A stretch of DNA of 64,000 bases from Escherichia phage vB_EcoM-RPN187. The position numbers and the translations under genes are program-made. This document shows, piece after piece, positions 27,159-35,855 of this stretch. The number at the start of each line of letters is the position of its first letter. The first letter of the stretch is position 1. The stretch lies in sequence record OL770074.2, one strand, 5' to 3'. The notes below the pieces were generated by a model, which worked only from the letters and a program-made list of their open reading frames with translations, was not told the DNA's origin and made no database searches.

Positions 27159-28828
27159 TGATGAGTGATATCGCCACCGATTGGACGATAGGAAACACCA
27201 GTTTCTTTATCAGTTAGTACCCATTTACCAGGATTTTTTGTAATCAGAGTAGCCGTTACAGGTTCTGCTACGTCATAACTAATAGAGCCGTCCTGAAGTA
27301 CACGGCCCATGTTACGTAATTGCTTAGTCAGAAGTTCCATACCTTTATAATATGCGGCTACCGCTTTAAGTGGATTATTCTTGAAATAACCACCTAATGC
27401 AATCCAGATAATTGCCACTGCCAAATGATGATACTCGTTAAACGAACTCATCTTTCCATATTTGTAAACTAATGGATTGATGTTAATAGTCACATTACAA
27501 GTTGTTTCATCAATAGTAAACTGTCCCCAGGTCGGATTAGCGTTGAATTCATCATACCCTGAAACAGCATAAAGCACTTTAGCTTCGTCATACAATTTTG
27601 GCCCGTAAATCTTGGTTTCACCAAAATATCCACGAGGGTCAATAAACTTGACTTCACCATTATCAGTAATCATAGTATTACTGAAGTTCGGGTCACCATG
27701 AATAACAGAGTACTGTCCCTGAGAACGGTTATGATAACGAATAAGGTGTTCTAAAGCTTGTCTCAACATTGGCTTCAGACGTCCAATCTTAGTGTAGTTC
27801 ACATGTGTGATTTTACCAAATGAATCAATCAATGGTTGAATACTTTCACAACGATCAATAACTTTCGTATAGAATTCTTTAGTGAAATCACGACGAACAG
27901 TTTCAGGACTTACAAAATAAGTGTCTGTGCTGAATTTCAGTGCATCTAAAATTGCATCAACAATTTGTGGACGAGCAAGACTTGATTTGGATTTAATATA
28001 TTCAAATGCCGGCTTACCTTTAATGCGTTCCATTTCAAAGTTATTTTCATTAACAGAAACTAACTGAGGAACTGAATCTGATTTCACTTTAAGATACCAT
28101 GAAATCTCATCTTTCTGAAGAGCTCGGCCCTGTTCGGTTAATGCGAATTTAGTTACAGTTTCTTCACCAATTTCAACTGCGTTAAAACTACGATTAAGTT
28201 CACGAACTTCATGAGCTTTTTCAAGTTTAGGCATATCACCTAAATCAATTAGATTCATAAGCTCTGATTTATTGAATGCGCTGCCGTAAAGGAATTCTAC
28301 GAAATCACGTCCTTTGCAGTATTCATGAATTTCCTCATCAGTAGAACCCATATAGAATTCCCAGTCTTTGAACTGATAAATTCCTACAACATTACCACCT
28401 GTTGAACCTACGTTAGTGATATTTTCACCGTCGAAATTATATCGACATTCGTCGCCCTTAACATAGATTGCGTTAACATTCCAAGACCACGAACCAAAAT
28501 CAGGAATAATATCACACCAGTTAACAATTACATTATGGCCGTCTAAATCTTTGTGCAATTTAGCAAGAGCATAAGCAGAACCATATGCTTCATCAACTGT
28601 ACGAATAGTCACATTGAACCCTTCTTGCTCACAATAAGCTCGAACAGTTTCAGCAAATTTTGAATGAACTACTACAATAATTTCATCTGCGCCAAGGTCA
28701 GAATAAATTGTATACAAATTGCTCAGAATAGTGTCTTGTTTATAGTTAACAAGCACCTTAGGAATATGATGCGTTATTGGATACAAACGAGTTGCCAGTC
28801 CAGCACCAAGAATAACAGCTTTTTTCAT
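27143..28828 (-). CDS. bifunctional sugar-phosphate nucleotidyltransferase (N-terminal) / APH-like kinase (C-terminal)
   Basis: 561 aa; N-terminal ILGAGLATRL (GxGxR NTase motif); C-terminal HGDPNFSNTMI and FIDPRGYFG (Brenner/APH kinase motifs); SD GAGGA. Confidence 0.7.
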   Translation of the reverse strand: MKKAVILGAGLATRLYPITHHIPKVLVNYKQDTILSNLYTIYSDLGADEIIVVVHSKFAETVRAYCEQEGFNVTIRTVDEAYGSAYALAKLHKDLDGHNVIVNWCDIIPDFGSWSWNVNAIYVKGDECRYNFDGENITNVGSTGGNVVGIYQFKDWEFYMGSTDEEIHEYCKGRDFVEFLYGSAFNKSELMNLIDLGDMPKLEKAHEVRELNRSFNAVEIGEETVTKFALTEQGRALQKDEISWYLKVKSDSVPQLVSVNENNFEMERIKGKPAFEYIKSKSSLARPQIVDAILDALKFSTDTYFVSPETVRRDFTKEFYTKVIDRCESIQPLIDSFGKITHVNYTKIGRLKPMLRQALEHLIRYHNRSQGQYSVIHGDPNFSNTMITDNGEVKFIDPRGYFGETKIYGPKLYDEAKVLYAVSGYDEFNANPTWGQFTIDETTCNVTININPLVYKYGKMSSFNEYHHLAVAIIWIALGGYFKNNPLKAVAAYYKGMELLTKQLRNMGRVLQDGSISYDVAEPVTATLITKNPGKWVLTDKETGVSYRPIGGDITHQWERI

Positions 28829-28869
28829 GTTGTGGTCCTCATTGGTAAGTAGGAGTATTGTACACTATT

Positions 28870-29013
28870 CTAGTTAAAGCATTCATACTTTGCTTGTAGT
28901 CCAATCATAATCCATCCGATTATAAGAGTCGGAATCATTACTGGAGCCGTTAAGCTCCAGTAGATAGTCATGACAAGCATCAATAGTAAAAGTCCTATTG
29001 TTATTGCTTTCAT
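28870..29013 (-). CDS. possible small two-TM membrane protein (47 aa), coupled to the SIS gene stop
   Basis: own translation MKAITIGLLLLMLVMTIYW...; ATG overlaps upstream TGA. Confidence 0.4.
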   Translation of the reverse strand: MKAITIGLLLLMLVMTIYWSLTAPVMIPTLIIGWIMIGLQAKYECFN

Positions 29014-29645
29014 TGTTCGCCTCGTAACATGGCACCTAGTGCACCGCCAGGGTGGAACTTAAGGAAGTCATTAGAGGTAAATCCACGTTCAGACGAAAGG
29101 TTGATAGCAAACGTATCGATAAGCGCTAACAACAATGTAGTGGACATGGTCGGAGCCAGAGAATTCTCATCAACCTCTACTGCGATGCCTGTACAGAACG
29201 TATAATCAAAAAGAGCTTCGTATTCTTGTGGAATGTCCGGGTTACAATGCAACAGAATCTGTTTGACGTTCGGACGAATCATTTTAAGATGCTTAGCCAC
29301 GCCTATCATTTCTTCAGTTTTACCAGAACGACTAATATGAATCAACACATCATTAGGCGCAATGAATCCTGCATCACCGTGAGAATAATGTCCAGTGTTC
29401 AAGTACATACTCGGGATACCGAGTGAAGCAAATGTCTCAGAAGCTTTAGTTGCAATATTAGCATTCTTACCAACACCTGTAATAATTACTCGGCTTTCAT
29501 AATTACTAAGTCCAGGACGTCGAAGAGTTTCTAGAATAGCATTATAACGAGCAGGGTTTTGACTAATTACTTTGGCCATAGCGGCCAAAGAAGAAGCTTG
29601 TTTTATGATTGCGTCAATAGCGATAGTAATAGGAGTAGTTTTCAT
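29010..29645 (-). CDS. SIS-domain sugar-phosphate isomerase (KdsD/GutQ-like arabinose-5-phosphate isomerase)
   Basis: 211 aa; ITGVGKNANIA and ISRSGKTEE SIS motifs; SD GAGAG. Confidence 0.7.
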   Translation of the reverse strand: MKTTPITIAIDAIIKQASSLAAMAKVISQNPARYNAILETLRRPGLSNYESRVIITGVGKNANIATKASETFASLGIPSMYLNTGHYSHGDAGFIAPNDVLIHISRSGKTEEMIGVAKHLKMIRPNVKQILLHCNPDIPQEYEALFDYTFCTGIAVEVDENSLAPTMSTTLLLALIDTFAINLSSERGFTSNDFLKFHPGGALGAMLRGEQ

Positions 29646-29685
29646 ATTTCTCTCATTTAATTAGTTTGCCGTCCATGTCATTATA

Positions 29686-32397
29686 TCAAAAATCGAACAT
29701 ATCGAACAGAGATGCTTTCTTCTCGTAATCGAGTTTCGCTGCTGATGTGAATCCTTCAAGTGGTTTAATAAATGTCTTCTCAAGGAGAACAGTGTAGTCC
29801 ATCCAATGAAGTACGTCGTCTTTAATTAAATCTGTGATTTCAGTACCAGAAGGCCATGCGATACATTTATCACCGAATGGGTTTCCTTCACGTAAAGGCA
29901 GAACATATACTTTTTCACCTTCTACAACTTGTGGTGCATCGATATTACCTTTGATAGCACGGTTATACGTCAGAATTCCACGAATATGGAATGGGCATTT
30001 AGGACCAGGGAATCCACCTACATCATATTTAGCAATGTTATTCGCAGAAGATACTGACGCGATGCTAATATAATTCAATTGACGGAATTCTTTTTCAAAC
30101 TCTTTAAAATATTCTTGTAATGATTCTTCGCCTTCCTGAAGCATACGACGAATACATTCTTTAAGAGCTTTCTGTACTGCTTTAGGAGTCGAAGATTTCT
30201 GAGTCTCTAGACCCATGATTTTGAGTTTAGGCTCAGCGTATCTGGTTCCTTCCATATCCCACACGTTTAATGCATAACGTTTCTTACCAGTCCAGAATCC
30301 ACCAATACCTTTAGAACCGAGTGGAGGCCCAGCGATAGCTTCTCGGTCCATGAACATTAAGTGTTGTTTATTGTTCATGTATTCACACATTTCACGGAAA
30401 CCTCTATCAATAGCTGGTTCCATACGTTCACGTGCAAACTTATCTAAGAAGTCTACCCAATGGTTGGTATCACGGAATTTAGATTCACCAACCTTATCGA
30501 TAATTTTATCAGCAGATACGTAAATAGAGTCTGTATCACCATAAAGAACGAAAGCTTCACCTTCTGTGCCACAAACTTCATTCAGATATTCATTAACTTT
30601 ACGTTCAATCCACTGTAAAGCCATTTGCCCGAATGTTGTGATTGCAGTAGCATTACGCAAATCGTAATAACGGAACCAAACGTTGCCAAGTGCACCATAA
30701 AGTGAGTTGATAAGCAATTTACGGTTAATTTGGGCAGTCATACCTGCAACTTCAGTACGTTGAGCTCTAAACAACATTTCATTAAGAGATTTAGCAGACA
30801 ACTTTTTAATCTTTTCTTTAATCTCATCACTGAAGTCGAAACGATAATCAACATCTAATGGTTCGTCAACAGAAAGATTAGGATTATGCAATGCCTCTTT
30901 AATTATTTCACCATTACGTTGAGCTGCAAGCATGTAACCTTTATGTTCTTTACGTTGATTAAAGACCTTAGTGATTTCAGTTGGAACAACACCGTCACGG
31001 TCTTTATAATACATCATGCCGTTAGGAGAACAACTGTACACATCAGAAGGACGTTCAGCAACAGCGTTAATATAATCATGTAATGGAGCTACTTTAAACG
31101 TTCCTGCTATTGTTTCTGGGCTAATATTCACTTGGCGAATAATACTTGGATACAGAGATGTAAGGTCGAAACTCATTACATATTTGTATCGATTTGGAAT
31201 AGGTTCCTTAACAAAAGCGCCTGGATAAGGTTGAACCGGGTGAGAACGACCTTGTGGAATCACCTTGTTCTGCTCTTTAAGGCTATTAAAAATAATAGCA
31301 TCCCATGTTTTAATTGGACTAAACACAGATTGAATCTGTATCTTAGCATAATAACCCATATCCAAACTCAAGTTGATGAACTGACGCTTAGCATCAATTT
31401 GCAATACACGATACACGTCGATAATGTTATAAGAAATATATCGTTGGTGATTGCTTTCACGAAGCTTAGAAATAGGGCCGTCATATTTCAGTTTACCAAC
31501 GTTCAATTCAAATTCTGAAATGTAATCCAGAGAATATGACGGTTGATTGGTAAAAGAGAATTTTTTGTAAAGGTCAATGTAATCAAGAACAGAGATACCG
31601 AACAATGTAATGATTTCACGAGAACCATACATGTTTTCGATAACTTTAACACGAGTTTTACGATGTGGTGATAAACGTTTCGCAGTAGATTCGCCAAAAA
31701 TATTCTTTATTCGGTTATACACATACGGAATATCAAATGACTCAACGTTCCATCCAGTCAAAACGACAGGAGTTTTCTGTTGCCAGAAGTTGAGATATTC
31801 CATCAACAATTCTTTTTCGTTATCGAACGGCATATAAATGATTTTATCGATAATTTCGGATGGAACTTCATCACCACCTTGTTCTTGAAGCTTAGCCGCA
31901 ATTTCGATAGACCATTCTTCTACATTACCATATGGAGAATTCAAAAGGTCAAATACGTAGAACCTGTCGTCAATTGAGTCATAATGAGTGATAGCATCAA
32001 TCGGGTGTTTTGCTTGTGACGGCTCAGGGAACCCATCCGGAGATGTTACTTCGATGTCGAAGTTAGCCACACGAATTTTTGTATGGTCGTATTTGATTTC
32101 ATAGTTATAAGTGTCAGACAAATACGCCAATTTGAAATCGTCCATGCCAAGTGCTTCAAGTCCGATATCTTCCATGCGTTTAATCCATTGGGAGGCATCA
32201 CGCATATTGGCGAACAACTTACGAGTACACGGCTTACCGTAGATATCGAAATATTTCGTAGCCTGACTTTCTGGACAATGAGCAAACAGTGATGGTTTAT
32301 ATTCTACTTCACGAGTACGTTCACGGCCGTTAGAATCGATGTAACGTTCAAAAATTGAATCACCAATCTGTTCAACCGTTAAGTAAAATTCTTTCAT
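29686..32397 (-). CDS. 43: DNA polymerase gp43 (family B, with 3'-5' exonuclease)
   Basis: 903 aa; exo and pol motifs (FDIE, YGDTDS, SLYGALG); T4 gp43 898 aa. Confidence 0.92.
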   Translation of the reverse strand: MKEFYLTVEQIGDSIFERYIDSNGRERTREVEYKPSLFAHCPESQATKYFDIYGKPCTRKLFANMRDASQWIKRMEDIGLEALGMDDFKLAYLSDTYNYEIKYDHTKIRVANFDIEVTSPDGFPEPSQAKHPIDAITHYDSIDDRFYVFDLLNSPYGNVEEWSIEIAAKLQEQGGDEVPSEIIDKIIYMPFDNEKELLMEYLNFWQQKTPVVLTGWNVESFDIPYVYNRIKNIFGESTAKRLSPHRKTRVKVIENMYGSREIITLFGISVLDYIDLYKKFSFTNQPSYSLDYISEFELNVGKLKYDGPISKLRESNHQRYISYNIIDVYRVLQIDAKRQFINLSLDMGYYAKIQIQSVFSPIKTWDAIIFNSLKEQNKVIPQGRSHPVQPYPGAFVKEPIPNRYKYVMSFDLTSLYPSIIRQVNISPETIAGTFKVAPLHDYINAVAERPSDVYSCSPNGMMYYKDRDGVVPTEITKVFNQRKEHKGYMLAAQRNGEIIKEALHNPNLSVDEPLDVDYRFDFSDEIKEKIKKLSAKSLNEMLFRAQRTEVAGMTAQINRKLLINSLYGALGNVWFRYYDLRNATAITTFGQMALQWIERKVNEYLNEVCGTEGEAFVLYGDTDSIYVSADKIIDKVGESKFRDTNHWVDFLDKFARERMEPAIDRGFREMCEYMNNKQHLMFMDREAIAGPPLGSKGIGGFWTGKKRYALNVWDMEGTRYAEPKLKIMGLETQKSSTPKAVQKALKECIRRMLQEGEESLQEYFKEFEKEFRQLNYISIASVSSANNIAKYDVGGFPGPKCPFHIRGILTYNRAIKGNIDAPQVVEGEKVYVLPLREGNPFGDKCIAWPSGTEITDLIKDDVLHWMDYTVLLEKTFIKPLEGFTSAAKLDYEKKASLFDMFDF

Positions 32398-32446
32398 TTA
32401 ATTTCCTTTAGACGAGTTATTGTCTTTTGTTTGTTGATGAACTTAT

Positions 32447-32466
32447 TATACTCCAAATGGGACCGA
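32447..32466 (-). terminator. stable stem-loop AAUGGGAC-UUCG-GUCCCAUU between regA and gene 43 (terminator-like, no clean U-run)
   Basis: 8-bp perfect stem with UUCG loop about 60-80 nt upstream of gp43 ATG. Confidence 0.4.
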
Positions 32467-32482
32467 AGTCCCATTGCTTGCT

Positions 32483-32851
32483 TTAATTACCAATTGTATA
32501 TTTTGCTTTCAAAGTCCAGTCATCTTTCTGTTTAAAAGAGATAACACGGAAGTTATTAGTCAGGCTAAATAGATCTTCACGAGCAGAGTCTTCAATAACA
32601 ATCAATCCCCAGTCTTCAAGCAACTGAGCAATCGAATCACGTCGCTGATAGTCTTCACCATCAATATCAACCTGACGTCCGTCCATACGCAGCATTTCTT
32701 TAAAGTGGACGATATAGTACTTACCTTGCTTTTGGAGGATATGACAAGACTGGTAAAGGACTTTATCCTTGTTATTAGCGATGCCCATACGGGTCAAAGT
32801 CTCTTTGACTTTCAGAAAATCTTCAGGGTTCTTCAATTTAATTTCAATCAT
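32483..32851 (-). CDS. regA: translational repressor RegA
   Basis: 122 aa from ATG (MIEIKLKNPEDFLKVKETLTRMGIANNKDKVLYQSCHILQK), matches recalled T4 RegA. Confidence 0.85.
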   Translation of the reverse strand: MIEIKLKNPEDFLKVKETLTRMGIANNKDKVLYQSCHILQKQGKYYIVHFKEMLRMDGRQVDIDGEDYQRRDSIAQLLEDWGLIVIEDSAREDLFSLTNNFRVISFKQKDDWTLKAKYTIGN

Positions 32852-32853
32852 TT

Positions 32854-33417
32854 TTACCATTCCAATGCTAATTTTTTAAATTGTTTTTGTTCTTTCACAT
32901 TTTTTGTAACTTCTTTGAGAAACTCATCAGTGACCATGGCCTTCAGTTCTTTAAGGACTATTGGCAACTTGTTATTTTTTTCAAGGAGCCGCTTATACTC
33001 AGTAGCATCATTCATGTTGATTGTGTAATGTTTCATCAACAGTTTGATAACTAGTAACTCTGAAGTGTCTTCGACTAGTTTAGCCCATTTAGAGAATCGA
33101 CGACCACGCGGAATTGCCGCCATCATATAGTTGAAGTGCGCTTCATCACTTAATTCAGAACCGACTAAGTTCATCATGTAAACAGCTGGCATACATTCTG
33201 GGAACTGGGATAATGAGTTCTCAACCATAAATTTTGAGTAGTCGACCTGAGCAATTGACATAGATTTCTTTTCATTAATAGCATTAATGATTTTAAAGAA
33301 TTCATTCTCAGGTTTTTCTTTAAACATATCAGCACATTTTTGAATCGCATCAGCGTCATTAGACTTCCATGCAATTTGGTGCTCGTTAAGCTGGACGTCA
33401 TCATCGAATAAGTTCAT
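32854..33417 (-). CDS. 62: clamp loader small subunit gp62
   Basis: 187 aa as T4 gp62; between gp44 and regA; TAATATG junction. Confidence 0.8.
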   Translation of the reverse strand: MNLFDDDVQLNEHQIAWKSNDADAIQKCADMFKEKPENEFFKIINAINEKKSMSIAQVDYSKFMVENSLSQFPECMPAVYMMNLVGSELSDEAHFNYMMAAIPRGRRFSKWAKLVEDTSELLVIKLLMKHYTINMNDATEYKRLLEKNNKLPIVLKELKAMVTDEFLKEVTKNVKEQKQFKKLALEW

Positions 33418-33418
33418 A

Positions 33419-34381
33419 TTATTTCCAAGTCAGTTCGCAGGTCAGTTGAAGAAGCATATACATAACATGTAATTCAATATTACTTGCTAATCCATGAAAC
33501 TTATTGTTTTCGCCTGCAATTTCATAAAGCGAAATAATACTTTTACCAGGTGCAACTTGGTCATAACATTCTGAAACTAATTTATCGATGAACCATGAAT
33601 AATCTGCGGCATATTTTGGAGCTAATGCACGAAGCTGTTTGATATCTTTGTTCTTCATTGCTTCGATAACATCAGAGACTGTGCCACGGTCATTAGTTAC
33701 GATAGACAAAATACCCGCATCAAGAACACCTTTAGACGAGTACTGGTCTAATTGACCAATTGTGCGACGAAAGTCTGGGAAGTTCTTTTTAACCAGAGCT
33801 GCAACAACTTTCATATCAGCGATTTCGATATTTTCGTTCTTACAGATTTCAACCATACGATGAATCATTTTCTTCATCATCGAGATTTTATCTTCTTCGG
33901 TTGGACGTCCGAATTCGATAACTCGACAACGACTACGTAATGGTTCAATAATTCCATCGATGTTGTTAGCAGTAATAATAATAGAGCAGTTACTAGAGAA
34001 TTCTTCCATAAACGTACGAAGGTGACGTTGTGATTCGGCGAGACCACTACGGTCAAATTCATCGATAACAATAACTTTCGGCTTGCCTTCCATTGAGACT
34101 GAACGAGCAAATGCGGTTAACGGTCCCCGTACAAAATCAATCTTACAATCAGAACCGTTGACGAACATCATTTCGGCATTGATATCATTACATAATGCTT
34201 TTGCTACGGTTGTTTTACCTGTACCAGGAGAAGGAGAGTGCAAAATAATATGAGGAAGTTTTCCTTTAGATACTAAAGACTTGAATGTTTCATGGTCATA
34301 CGCAGGCAGAATACATTCGTCAATGGAAGAAGGACGATATTTCTGTTCTAGAATGTGTTCTTTGGAATTGATAGTAATCAT
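33419..34381 (-). CDS. 44: clamp loader ATPase gp44 (AAA+, RFC-like)
   Basis: 320 aa; Walker [14 protein letters not shown] motif (LRSRC). Confidence 0.9.
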   Translation of the reverse strand: MITINSKEHILEQKYRPSSIDECILPAYDHETFKSLVSKGKLPHIILHSPSPGTGKTTVAKALCNDINAEMMFVNGSDCKIDFVRGPLTAFARSVSMEGKPKVIVIDEFDRSGLAESQRHLRTFMEEFSSNCSIIITANNIDGIIEPLRSRCRVIEFGRPTEEDKISMMKKMIHRMVEICKNENIEIADMKVVAALVKKNFPDFRRTIGQLDQYSSKGVLDAGILSIVTNDRGTVSDVIEAMKNKDIKQLRALAPKYAADYSWFIDKLVSECYDQVAPGKSIISLYEIAGENNKFHGLASNIELHVMYMLLQLTCELTWK

Positions 34382-34415
34382 GTAATTTTCCTCATTATCA
34401 TTAAACTGGAGGATT

Positions 34416-34431
34416 TCTCCTCCATAATAGT
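34416..34431 (-). promoter_or_regulatory. hairpin GGAGGA-gaaa-UCCUCC in the gene 45-44 intercistronic region
   Basis: perfect 6-bp inverted repeat about 30 nt upstream of gp44 ATG. Confidence 0.35.
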
Positions 34432-34456
34432 ACTACATTAAACGTAAAGCTTTGAC

Positions 34457-35143
34457 TTAGAAGTCGTGAGTAGAATCGGCTTCCATCGCAATAACATAAC
34501 TTACTTGGGAGCTTTCAAACTTGGCTGCAACTTTATCACCAGCTCCCCACAACATTACTTTATAGTTACCTGGCTGGATTTTCATATTAGCCATATTGAT
34601 TACGAAGTTAAAATTGTTAGAACCGTCATAATCGGTAAGAGTCAAAGAATACTTAGGACGAGTTAGTCCAGAATCTTCAACTTTATTATAGCCATTGATA
34701 ACAATTTTACCATCTTTATTTGTAATAGCAATTGTATCAATCTGAAGACCACGTGAAACTCGAAGCAATTGTTGAAGGTCTTCAGCTTTAATTTCAGTAA
34801 TCACAGAAGCCACTGGGAATTGAATTGGCTTATTAGGAAAAACAATGGTGCTCTTGTCAGCGGCAGGCCAATAAACCGTGGAACGTGTATCTGCAATTTT
34901 AATATTGCCATCGGTGTGCATTGAAATTTCAGCATCATCAGACACTAGACTCAAAATGCTTAAGAAGCTATTCAAATCATAAAGTGCTACGTCAAAATCA
35001 ATTTCATCAGAGATATTTGCTTCCGCATAAGTGGTGCCATTAACTGCACGAGTCATAATAAATTTACCTTGACTCAGCAGAATGCCAGAGTTAATAGAGG
35101 CAAAGTTTTTCAGAATAGCGATAGTATCTTTAGACAGTTTCAT
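34457..35143 (-). CDS. 45: sliding clamp gp45
   Basis: 228 aa from ATG (MKLSKDTIAILKNF) matching recalled T4 gp45; ORF-track start is TTG. Confidence 0.9.
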   Translation of the reverse strand: MKLSKDTIAILKNFASINSGILLSQGKFIMTRAVNGTTYAEANISDEIDFDVALYDLNSFLSILSLVSDDAEISMHTDGNIKIADTRSTVYWPAADKSTIVFPNKPIQFPVASVITEIKAEDLQQLLRVSRGLQIDTIAITNKDGKIVINGYNKVEDSGLTRPKYSLTLTDYDGSNNFNFVINMANMKIQPGNYKVMLWGAGDKVAAKFESSQVSYVIAMEADSTHDF

Positions 35144-35183
35144 TTTATTTCCTTTCAAGACAATTCAAAGTTTAACAAATTTA

Positions 35184-35600
35184 TTATGCAGTAACCATTT
35201 GCTTTTTAATAGCTTCAGGCAGTGATTCAATATATTCTGGAATTTTAGAAGCAACAATTTCGCCGGCTGCAATTAGTTGTTCGTCGGCATCAACACAGTA
35301 GAAATCTTCCAGACGCTCAGAACCATCTTTATCAAGAACGATTTTTCCGCCGGCTTCAATAGAATCTTTATAGTGCTTACGCATCAGATGAATCCACATA
35401 TCAGATACATCGTTATCAATAAAACCATAAATCATAAAACGAGTTTCTTGTGGCAAAGATTGGAGTTTTTTAGCACTTGCGTCATCACAATGCAGGACCC
35501 ATGCTTTACGAACACGATTATGGTTATGTGGGTTAGCGTCAGTACGGATAGAAGTAACTTTCAGATCAGCAGCAGTGAAACCTTTAGCAGTAGTAAACAT
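35184..35600 (-). CDS. rpbA: RNA polymerase-binding protein RpbA-like (by synteny)
   Basis: 138 aa immediately downstream of gene 45 as in T4. Confidence 0.55.
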   Translation of the reverse strand: MFTTAKGFTAADLKVTSIRTDANPHNHNRVRKAWVLHCDDASAKKLQSLPQETRFMIYGFIDNDVSDMWIHLMRKHYKDSIEAGGKIVLDKDGSERLEDFYCVDADEQLIAAGEIVASKIPEYIESLPEAIKKQMVTA

Positions 35601-35612
35601 ATTATTTCTCTC

Positions 35613-35813
35613 TTATTCGTAGAAGTCGGTAACTGTCCATGCGGAATTGCGATTAGACATTATTTTATTATACTCATCTTTAAAAGCAGATTTGAGCATT
35701 TGTTCAGTAACAATATGTTCTTCACCTGAAAACGTATTGGTCAAAACATATTTTTTAATTTCAGGGACAACGAGAAGATGTTGGCCAGTTGAATACTCCA
35801 TGTTGTTCTCCAT
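35613..35813 (-). CDS. hypothetical small protein
   Basis: 66 aa, ATG. Confidence 0.45.
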   Translation of the reverse strand: MENNMEYSTGQHLLVVPEIKKYVLTNTFSGEEHIVTEQMLKSAFKDEYNKIMSNRNSAWTVTDFYE

Positions 35814-35855
35814 TTAATTTGATGTGGTCATTATAACCACATCGTGTTAAAGCGT

